Part shown: piece by piece, positions 1-7,110 of the stretch
Numbering within the stretch: the first letter of the stretch is position 1
How the letters are laid out: the number at the start of each line of letters is the position of its first letter
Program-made: the position numbers and the translations under genes
Notes under the pieces: generated by a model
What the model was told of the DNA's origin: nothing
Seen by the model: only the letters and a program-made list of their open reading frames with translations
Database searches by the model: none
Assembly (NCBI GenBank): GCA_031414955.1
Contig: JANOQV010000207.1
Location: 1-33,772, forward strand
From: Pedosphaera sp.
GTDB lineage: Bacteria; Verrucomicrobiota; Verrucomicrobiia; Limisphaerales; SIBH01
Direction of reading: 5' to 3'
Length of the DNA: 33,772 nt

Positions 1-137
1 CTTCGCTTGGGCGGCGCGCTTCCGGCGCCTGGCCCGCGATTACGAACGGCTGGCCGAAACCCTCGCCGCCTACCATTGGCTGGCTCTGGTCACCCTCATG
101 CTCCCTTTGCTCCTCGCCTAGTGTGCATGACAGGCTC
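1..137 (+). mobile_element. Right end of an IS5-family insertion sequence (truncated by the window edge)
   Basis: The transposase C-terminus ends at 121. It is followed by GTGCATGACAGGCTC (123-137; reverse complement GAGCCTGTCATGCAC, a GAG-type IS5 terminus) and then TAG (138-140), a plausible target duplication. The left end lies outside the window. Confidence 0.8.
2..121 (+). CDS. IS5-family DDE transposase, C-terminal 39 aa (partial)
   Basis: My translation of frame +2 (not in the ORF track) is FAWAARFRRLARDYERLAETLAAYHWLALVTLMLPLLLA*. This matches the (VER)xFAWxxRFRRLxRDYE C-terminal signature of IS5-family transposases. Confidence 0.88.
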   Translation, partial: FAWAARFRRLARDYERLAETLAAYHWLALVTLMLPLLLA

Positions 138-540
138 TAGCCATCACCTCCGCCACCGACCACCAGCGCAGTTCCCCGTGCTGATCATCCGGCGTCAGCA
201 CCACGCCCTCGGGCAAGTGCGCCGCGAAGCCCAGCACCACGTAATGAGTGTTCACTCCCGCAACCCCGAGGAAGTTGTCCTCGTAGATGTGATCGAACAC
301 TCCGACTAATTCCGCCGCCTCGATCAGCACGCCCAATTCACGCGCTGAAATCCTCCGCAGCGCCTCCTTCACCCGCTCGTTCTTGCGGATGCGCCCGCCC
401 GGAACGAACCACGAATCTTTAGCAGGACGGTTCAACCGGCGCCCGAGCAGCACTTCGCCGCGAACATTGCGCAGCACGAGGTCAATCGACACCAACGGCG
501 TGGCGTCCACGATGCGGAGGAATTCCTGGTCAGGCAGCAC
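118..540 (-). CDS. gmm: GDP-mannose mannosyl hydrolase (NUDIX family), C-terminus replaced by IS5 sequence
   Basis: Motifs TPLVSIDL, LLGRRLNRPA, WFVPGGRIRKNE, FDHIYEDNF, THYVVLGF and PDDQH are typical of Gmm/WcaH. The last residues (RACHAH*) are read from the IS end. Confidence 0.85.
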   Translation of the reverse strand: MLPDQEFLRIVDATPLVSIDLVLRNVRGEVLLGRRLNRPAKDSWFVPGGRIRKNERVKEALRRISARELGVLIEAAELVGVFDHIYEDNFLGVAGVNTHYVVLGFAAHLPEGVVLTPDDQHGELRWWSVAEVMARACHAH

Positions 541-691
541 GGCTCTTTCGTCGCTGCTCCACGGGCCTCGAGCAAGCGGAATATGCGGTCAACGGAACAA
601 CACCGAGCAACCATGAGCCAAGAAGGATGGCCTCGAATCATGCCTCCTTCGGGATAAACTCGCGGGTTCGAAATTCAGGGTCCGAGCCGCC

Positions 692-2260
692 TCACCGCCC
701 CACGCGCCGCCGCAGCAGGGCTGCCAAGTCATGGGCGAAGGGATTCCGGCAGGCCAAGGCCACGGCGAAATACATGAGCGTCCCGAGGGTCATCGGCAAG
801 AACACTTCACCCAGTTGGGTCCACAGATCCGCGTGGCCGTAGCGCCGTTCCCAAAGGTGACGAGTGCCCCAGACGGTGAGCGCCGCAGCCAGCAAGCAGG
901 CCGCGAGCGGGAGGAAGTGACGGCGCAAGGCCAGCCATTCAAGCTTCGCCAGTTTCTTGCGTAGCGCGAAGGCGAGCAACCCCACGTTGATGATCCCGGT
1001 GCTAGTGTTGGCCAGTCCCAAGCCGGCCTCCCGCAGGTGCCACACCAGCGGCAAGGTGAGGAGCGCGTTGAGCACGAGACAGAAGATGGAGATCTTCATC
1101 GGCGTCCGGGTGTCGCCGAGGGCGTAGAAGGCGCGGGCCAGAATGTTGACCCCGGAGAAAGCCAGCAGGCCCGGCGCGAGCGCGATAAGCGCCAGGCTGG
1201 TGCGCTGCGTCGCCGCGGCATCGAACTTGCCACCTTGGAACTCGAAGAGCAGCCGAATCATGGGCACCGCCAGTCCGATCAGCAGGAGGGTGGCGAGCAG
1301 GTTGATGAAGAGCAAATAGCCCAGGCCGTCGCGGAGGGTGCTGCGAAACTCGGGATACTTCTTCTCCGCCGCCAGGCCGGCCAGCGCGGGCAGCAGGTAG
1401 ATGGCGAGGGACACGCCGAAAACGCCTTGGGGCAATTCCATCAGGCGCACGGCGTAGTTGAAGGCGGCCACTACTTCAGGATCGACCGCGAAGTAGGTGA
1501 AGCCGTTGGCCAGCATCACGTTGATCTGAAACGCCGCCACGCCAATGATCCCAGGCAGCATCTGTTTCCCGACGTGCCGCACGGTTCCGTCCTTCCACGG
1601 GCGCACCCAGCGGAAGCGGAAACCATCGCGGAACAGCAGCGGCATCTGGAACAGGGCCTGGGCTACGCCGGCGAGGAGCACGCCGATGGCGAGACCGAAG
1701 ATGCGTTCCTCCGGCAATTCCCCGAGATGCGGAGCGATGAAGTACACGGATGCGATCATCACCACGTTCAGCAGCGCGGCCCCCAGCGCGGGGACGAAGA
1801 AGTGACCGCGCGCGTTTAACATTCCCATGCAGACTGCGGCGAAGCACACCAGCAGCAGATAGGGGAACATCACGCGCAGCAGTTGCAGCATGAGAATTGT
1901 CTTGGCCGTCTCGAAGCGGAAGACCCCGAGCGCCGCCGAGATGCCGAGAATTCCCGCCAGCACCACGACGCTGGAGACGACGATCAAGCCCGAGATGACG
2001 GCATTGGCCGAAAGCCACATCGCCTCCTCGCCCTCGGCTTTTTCCTTCTGCTTGAAGACGGGGATGAACGCGGCGGTGAGCGCGCCCTCACCCAGCAGGC
2101 GGCGGAACAAGTTCGGAATCTGAAACGCCAGCACGAACGCGCCCGCCACCCAGGTGGTGCCCATGAACTGCGCGTAGGCCATCTCGCGGACCAAGCCCAG
2201 AACGCGGCTCACCATCGTGGCGATGGCCGTGGCGCCCGAGGACTTCAACATCTGCGACAT
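692..2260 (-). CDS. murJ: Lipid II flippase MurJ (MviN)
   Basis: SRVLGLVRE, AFQIPNLFRRLLGEGALTAAFIPVF, RLMELPQGVFG and RAFYALGDTRTP motifs plus many TM segments. Start placed at MSQMLKSS (2260) rather than the ORF-track start at 2311. Confidence 0.95.
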   Translation of the reverse strand: MSQMLKSSGATAIATMVSRVLGLVREMAYAQFMGTTWVAGAFVLAFQIPNLFRRLLGEGALTAAFIPVFKQKEKAEGEEAMWLSANAVISGLIVVSSVVVLAGILGISAALGVFRFETAKTILMLQLLRVMFPYLLLVCFAAVCMGMLNARGHFFVPALGAALLNVVMIASVYFIAPHLGELPEERIFGLAIGVLLAGVAQALFQMPLLFRDGFRFRWVRPWKDGTVRHVGKQMLPGIIGVAAFQINVMLANGFTYFAVDPEVVAAFNYAVRLMELPQGVFGVSLAIYLLPALAGLAAEKKYPEFRSTLRDGLGYLLFINLLATLLLIGLAVPMIRLLFEFQGGKFDAAATQRTSLALIALAPGLLAFSGVNILARAFYALGDTRTPMKISIFCLVLNALLTLPLVWHLREAGLGLANTSTGIINVGLLAFALRKKLAKLEWLALRRHFLPLAACLLAAALTVWGTRHLWERRYGHADLWTQLGEVFLPMTLGTLMYFAVALACRNPFAHDLAALLRRRVGR

Positions 2261-2379
2261 GCGGCGCGGAGTGTTCCGGTGCGGCGCGGAGCAGAGCAAG
2301 CGAACAAACACCGGAGAGGGCGGACGAAGCGCATCCGGCCCGGTGCTCCCGGTTCATCAGCACTTGAACTCATGCGATC

Positions 2380-2413
2380 AAAAAAAATCCCCGGCAGCCT
2401 GCGCCGCCGGGGA
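2380..2413 (-). terminator. Rho-independent terminator downstream of the secreted Ig-like gene
   Basis: The minus strand reads TCCCCGGCGGC-GCAG-GCTGCCGGGGA followed by T8, about 30 nt after the stop at 2442. Confidence 0.88.
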
Positions 2414-2441
2414 GGACATAAAACTGTGAACCGCCCGATGA

Positions 2442-5330
2442 TTACCGAATCAGCCGGAAGTACATCCGATCCGGCGGCGGATAGGCGACCGTGGTGCTAC
2501 CCGCGCCGGTGATGACACCGCCGAAGTTGCTCCAGTCCGTAGGATTGCCGACGTCGCCCGTGTTCTGCTGGAGCGTATAGCCGATGGCGTCCGCCTCCCA
2601 GGAGACCTGGGCATGAGCGGGATCAGTGGCCACGATCCTTAGGCTGGGACCGCCCGCGGAAGCGCCCCAGAGCATCAGGTCGAAACTGATGTCGGAGGAG
2701 GTGGTCGTATCCTGGTGAATCTCCACGGCCAGCAGGTTCGTACCCACGAGGAGCACTGAGGTGGGGAGATTAGTGGACACGTAAACCGTGCCGTCGTGAG
2801 GGACTGCGGGCAGCGCATAGGTGGCGAAGGTGATGACCGAGTTGGTCATGTCGGTGAAGACTTGAGTGCCGTTGAGGTAAACCACGAAGTGATCATCCGC
2901 GAGCACGTTCAAGGTCAGGCCGGAAAAAGCGGCCGGGTTGGCGACGTCGAAGGCCTTGCGGAAATAGGTGGTGGCAAACTTGGCGTTGGCGACACCTCCA
3001 AATCCCACCGTGGTACGCTCAGGCCGGCCCGGCGCGTCGCCGTAGCCAAACTCGGCCACACCATTGCTCCAGCCACTGTCGTCAAAGGCCAGCACCTGCC
3101 AGGCGTTGCTCTGGTCCGTGCCGTTGTCGAGGTACGTCCAGGCCGCGCCGTTGCTCACGATCACGGAGATGGCGGGCGGATTGGTCGCAGAGATGGCCAG
3201 ACTGTTGGTCACGCGTACGCCCTGACTGTCTACCGCCACGCCCTCAATCGTATGCAAGCCGGCGGTGAGGTCGCAGAGGTCGAAGCTGTACGGGCTGGTC
3301 GCGTCCGTGGCCCAAAGCGCGCCATCAAGCAGGAATTCCACGCGCGCAATCGTGCCGTCCGGATCCGTGGCACTGGCTGAAACATTGGTCACGGTGACGC
3401 CGACGCGATAGGTGCTGCCCGCCGCAGGATTCGTGAGCGTGATGGTCGGCGGGACGTTCGGATTGACGGTGATGGTGATGACGTTGGTGGTGCTGACCGA
3501 AGCACCGGTGTTGTCCTGCGCCGTCGCGGTCAGGGTATGCACGCCAGGTTGGGCGTTGCTGTAAACGAAACTGAAGGGCGCGCTGGTATCGAGGCCGATG
3601 AGGGTGCCAGCGTCGCGGAAGAAGGTCACGTTCGTGACTGGATTCAACATCGTCGGCACGGCCGTGATGGTGACGTTCGCGCCAGCGGCGAAGGTCGCGC
3701 CGTTCGTCGGCACGGTGATGAGGACGAAGGGATTGAACGTGTCCAGGAATGGCTCGAAATAGAAATCATCGATGGCCAGGCTGCCGTCTAGGCCGGCGTC
3801 ATTGAAGTCCTGCCAGCGGATGTAGATGACGCCGCCGGGCGGAATCGGCGCGGGGGGAGTGAGCAACCCCCCACCGACGGGGTCGGTAAAGTTCCCAACC
3901 CGGTTGCCATCCACCGGCCCTGGCGGCATGGCGGCGGCGAAGGGTTGGAAGAAATCGTAGGTGGTGGGAATCCATGACGCGCCCAGATCGTAGCTGACGT
4001 AATTAGTAAATGAGCCAGCGATGTTGGTGTAATTGCGCCAGACCTCGCCGCGGTACTGGAGGATGAATTCGATGATGTTGTTGGCCGTGCCGTTGCGGAT
4101 GCGGGCCACGATATTGCGGTCAGCACCGGTCGGCGCGGTGCCGAGGGCGCGATCCGTGTCCGGGGCCGCGCCGTTGGTGCCGAGATTCCAACCCAGAATG
4201 GCGGCGTTGGCGGCCAGGGTTCCGTCGCCCGCCGTAACCACCGGCGAATTGGCAGGCAACGCCCCACCGACATACCAGCCCACCGGAGTCAGCGTCCCGG
4301 CCGCTCCCATGCCATCGAAATTCTCCGTGAGGGCGGAACCGGTATAGTGAATGAATTCGTCGCGGGCGATGATGGTGAGCATGTTGGTCGCGGAGAGGGC
4401 ATTCGGGTCCACGCCGTTGGTGGCCTCGGCGTAAACCGTGTACACGCCGGGCGGCAGATTGCTCAGGACCACCGAGAAAGGCGTGACCGTGTCGGAAGCG
4501 GCCAGGACGCCGTTGGTGTAGAAGGCCACGCCGGTCGCCGGAGTGGTGCCGGCCGTGGTGGCGCTGAGGGTGACGTTGGTCGTGGAGTTGACCACCAAGA
4601 CGTTGGTGAAGATGAAGGTGAGTGCGTTGGAAGTGGGCGCGGTCAGCATGACGGTGAGGGGAGTGGGCGGTGCGTAACCTGCGGTGAAGGTCACGTCATC
4701 GATGGAATATCCGCGATCGGTCCCTCCAGTGGCGTTATCGTCCGCCCAGAGAATGTACATCACGGAGTTTGTGGCCCAGGCAGGGCTGAGGTTGAAGGTG
4801 TTGCTGCGGGCACCGTTGGTCCCCCCGGAGAGCGCGGCGATATTGACCCAACTGTTGCTCAATCCAGTCAGGCTGTAGAAGACCTGATGCGCGGCCACCT
4901 GCTCGGCCAGCGCGCCGCTCTCCCCAAGGGCGTAGGTGATGCGGAGGGAAGTGGCATTCGAGATGGCGGCGTTGGTCAAACTGGCCATCACCAAGGTGGC
5001 ACCATTGCCAGTCGGGCGGGTCCATACTGAAGTCGTGCCGCCGGAGGACCAGGAAGCCAGGGCGTTTTGAGCGGGCGGGTTGGTCGGCGAGTAATCCCGC
5101 AGTGGAGCCGTGACATTGGCCGCCGTGGCATTGCTGTTTACCGCCGTCAGGACGGCGGCGGCGTTGGCCAGCAAAGCGTCCGTACCGCTGATAGTTTTGG
5201 TGGCCCACTCCGTGGGCGCCGGGAGCGTCGAGAAGTCGATGACACCGCTGCCGAAATCACCCACCGAGATGGCGGCCTGGGCAGGCAGGCACGCCGTGAT
5301 GATTGAGAAAACAAACAGGATTTTTTTCAT
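2442..5330 (-). CDS. Secreted multi-domain beta-protein: two related beta-sandwich domains, three bacterial Ig-like repeats, a galactose-binding-like sandwich and a C-terminal F/Y-R tail
   Basis: Signal peptide MKKILFVFSIITACLPAQA (start 5330). Ig-like repeats: V.LTAPT...VAFYTNG...PFS; ITVPTNGATF...VTFF...APFSF; PPTITLTNP...VEFLLDG...SPYSF. Sandwich domain WTYLDNG..FDDSGW..TTYFRKAF..DD..VYLNG..NLLAVEIHQ..SSDISFD. Ends RMYFRLIR. Confidence 0.8.
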   Translation of the reverse strand: MKKILFVFSIITACLPAQAAISVGDFGSGVIDFSTLPAPTEWATKTISGTDALLANAAAVLTAVNSNATAANVTAPLRDYSPTNPPAQNALASWSSGGTTSVWTRPTGNGATLVMASLTNAAISNATSLRITYALGESGALAEQVAAHQVFYSLTGLSNSWVNIAALSGGTNGARSNTFNLSPAWATNSVMYILWADDNATGGTDRGYSIDDVTFTAGYAPPTPLTVMLTAPTSNALTFIFTNVLVVNSTTNVTLSATTAGTTPATGVAFYTNGVLAASDTVTPFSVVLSNLPPGVYTVYAEATNGVDPNALSATNMLTIIARDEFIHYTGSALTENFDGMGAAGTLTPVGWYVGGALPANSPVVTAGDGTLAANAAILGWNLGTNGAAPDTDRALGTAPTGADRNIVARIRNGTANNIIEFILQYRGEVWRNYTNIAGSFTNYVSYDLGASWIPTTYDFFQPFAAAMPPGPVDGNRVGNFTDPVGGGLLTPPAPIPPGGVIYIRWQDFNDAGLDGSLAIDDFYFEPFLDTFNPFVLITVPTNGATFAAGANVTITAVPTMLNPVTNVTFFRDAGTLIGLDTSAPFSFVYSNAQPGVHTLTATAQDNTGASVSTTNVITITVNPNVPPTITLTNPAAGSTYRVGVTVTNVSASATDPDGTIARVEFLLDGALWATDATSPYSFDLCDLTAGLHTIEGVAVDSQGVRVTNSLAISATNPPAISVIVSNGAAWTYLDNGTDQSNAWQVLAFDDSGWSNGVAEFGYGDAPGRPERTTVGFGGVANAKFATTYFRKAFDVANPAAFSGLTLNVLADDHFVVYLNGTQVFTDMTNSVITFATYALPAVPHDGTVYVSTNLPTSVLLVGTNLLAVEIHQDTTTSSDISFDLMLWGASAGGPSLRIVATDPAHAQVSWEADAIGYTLQQNTGDVGNPTDWSNFGGVITGAGSTTVAYPPPDRMYFRLIR

Positions 5331-5466
5331 AAGGAGCATTGATTTTGAGTCGCCAACCTTCGCCGTCCACCAGCGGAAGAGCAAGTTTGGAATGCTCCCT
5401 GGAGCAATATGCGATGTTTCCGGGGCCGTCTGGCCGAACTAGATCATCTCCTCGGCGCAGCCTTCA

Positions 5467-5642
5467 GAGCCGGGCTGAATATTCGCTGGCGGAGTGCGCC
5501 TGTCCTCGGGCGCAGCAATGCGCTGACGCCCGGCGCGTTGGAAAACCCAAGCTCCCCAGGCTTTCGCACCTTGCTGCGCCCGAAGACAGGCGCACTCCGA
5601 GACCGGAGGCCTTTGCCTCCAGGCGACTTTTCAAACCGGCTC
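5467..5642. mobile_element. 176-bp MITE-like element with imperfect terminal inverted repeats, a TCA target duplication and an internal REP-like inverted pair
   Basis: Left end GAGCCGGGCTGAATATTCGCTGG; right end (reverse complement) GAGCCGGTTTGAAAAGTCGCCTGG. Flanked by TCA at 5464-5466 and 5643-5645. A related copy starts at 33653. Confidence 0.72.
5490..5599. repeat. Inverted pair of 29-bp REP-like units (REPIN-like hairpin)
   Basis: 5490-5518 CGGAGTGCGCCTGTCCTCGGGCGCAGCAA versus the reverse complement of 5571-5599 CGGAGTGCGCCTGTCTTCGGGCGCAGCAA (28/29 identical). Each arm is itself a short palindrome preceded by GGAG. Confidence 0.9.
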
Positions 5643-7094
5643 TCACGTCAGAATCCCCTTCACCACTTCTCCCTCGACGTCGGTCAGCCGGTAATCGCGG
5701 CCCTGGAAACGATAGGTCAGACGCTCATGATTAAAACCGAGTTGGTGCAGCAACGTGGCCTGCAAATCGTGAACGCTCACCTTGTCCTGCGCGACGCTGA
5801 AGCCGAGTTCATCGGACTCGCCGTAGGTGAAGCCGCCCTTCACGCCCCCGCCGGCGACGACCATGGTGTAGCAGTCGGGGAAATGATCGCGGCCGAGAAT
5901 GTCGCCCTTGGCCGTGCGGCCCTCGCGGAAGGGGGTGCGGCCGAACTCGCCGCCCAGCACGACCAGCGTTTCGTCGAGCAGACCGCGCTGGCGCAAATCC
6001 TTGAGCAACGCAGCGACCGGTCGATCCATCGTGGCGCATTTCTTGGTCAGGCCGTCGCGAATGTCCTCGGCGGGATTGGTGCCGTGAAAGTCCCAGCCCC
6101 AGTCGAAGAGCTGCACATAGCGCACGCCCTGCTCGACCAACCGGCGCGCAAGCAGGCAGTTGTTGGCGAAACTCGAGTCGCCGGGCTTCGCGCCATACGC
6201 CTCGATGGTCGCGGCGGATTCCTTCGCGATGTCCATTACCTCGGGCACCGACATTTGCATGCGGTAGGCGAGTTCGTATTGGGCGATGCGCGTTTGCGTT
6301 TCGGGGTGGCCCAGCTCGCGCCCTTGGATTTCGTTCAGCTCGCGCAAGGTGTCGAGGCTCATGCGGCGGACCTCGCGGTCCATGCCGGCGGGATCGGAAG
6401 CGTAGAGCACCGGGTCGCCCTTGGACCGGCATTGCACGCCTTGATAAACGGACGGCAGGAAACCGTTGCCGAAGGAATTCTTGCCCCCGTTCGGCTGCAC
6501 GCCGCTGGAAATCAAAACTACGAAGCCCGGCAGATTCTGGTTCTCCGTGCCCAAACCGTACGTCACCCAGGATCCAATCGACGGGCGGCCGGGGCGCGGC
6601 GATCCGGTGTAAACAAACAGCTCGGCGGGCGCGTGATTGAACTGATCCGTGTTCATCGAGCGGATGACGCAAAGCTCGTCCGCCACCGAGTGCAGATGTG
6701 GAATGGCATCGGACATCCAGACGCCGCCCTTGCCGTGCTGGGTGAAAGTGCGGCGCGTGCCGAGCAGCTTGGGCGTGCCCGAGGTGAAGGCGAACCGTTT
6801 GCCCTTGAGGAAGGCATCCGGACAATCCTGCCCGTCGCGTTTCACCAGCTCCGGCTTGTAATCAAACAAGTCGAGGTGCGGCGGCGAACCGGTGAGATGG
6901 AGATAGATGACGCGCTTGGCCTTCGCGGCGAAGTGCGGCTTGCGCGGTGCGAGTGGATTCGCGGACGTGATGTGGGCGGCGGAGAGGCTGCCCTTCAGCA
7001 TCGAGCCGAGCGCGATGGCACCCACGCCGCAGGCCGACTTGCTGAGGAAGTGGCGCCGCGTGATTTGTTTGATGTGTTCCAGGTTTGAGTTCAT
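5643..7094 (-). CDS. DUF1501 domain protein with twin-arginine leader
   Basis: TRRHFL leader; AKAKRVIYL...GSPPHLDLFDYKP; RPSIGSWVTYGLG.EN.NLPGFVVL; GWDFH; GEFGRTP; GRDH; HDLQATLLHQLG; RLTDVEG. Confidence 0.92.
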   Translation of the reverse strand: MNSNLEHIKQITRRHFLSKSACGVGAIALGSMLKGSLSAAHITSANPLAPRKPHFAAKAKRVIYLHLTGSPPHLDLFDYKPELVKRDGQDCPDAFLKGKRFAFTSGTPKLLGTRRTFTQHGKGGVWMSDAIPHLHSVADELCVIRSMNTDQFNHAPAELFVYTGSPRPGRPSIGSWVTYGLGTENQNLPGFVVLISSGVQPNGGKNSFGNGFLPSVYQGVQCRSKGDPVLYASDPAGMDREVRRMSLDTLRELNEIQGRELGHPETQTRIAQYELAYRMQMSVPEVMDIAKESAATIEAYGAKPGDSSFANNCLLARRLVEQGVRYVQLFDWGWDFHGTNPAEDIRDGLTKKCATMDRPVAALLKDLRQRGLLDETLVVLGGEFGRTPFREGRTAKGDILGRDHFPDCYTMVVAGGGVKGGFTYGESDELGFSVAQDKVSVHDLQATLLHQLGFNHERLTYRFQGRDYRLTDVEGEVVKGILT

Positions 7095-7110
7095 AGGCGG
7101 TCGCTTCCGG

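Noticed and set aside
7..309. 100-aa plus-strand ORF at the left edge
   Set aside because: Wrong frame. The real coding signal is the transposase tail in frame +2 (2-121), and the rest overlaps gmm.
118..2260. murJ and gmm as part of the lectin/DUF1553 system
   Set aside because: They are separated from it by a strong terminator at 2380-2413 and are housekeeping-type genes; only proximity links them.
5464..5646. 60-aa minus-strand ORF spanning the MITE
   Set aside because: It coincides with the repeat element and has no protein-like features; treated as incidental.
5409..7088. 559-aa plus-strand ORF and other long plus-strand ORFs (e.g. 9121-10680, 15653-17128, 19273-20487, 25674-26882)
   Set aside because: These are antisense shadows of well-supported minus-strand genes, expected in high-GC DNA, and show no recognisable motifs.
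5643..7094. Calling the DUF1501 proteins sulfatases
   Set aside because: I found no (C/S)xPxR formylglycine motif in any of the three, so they are left as DUF1501.
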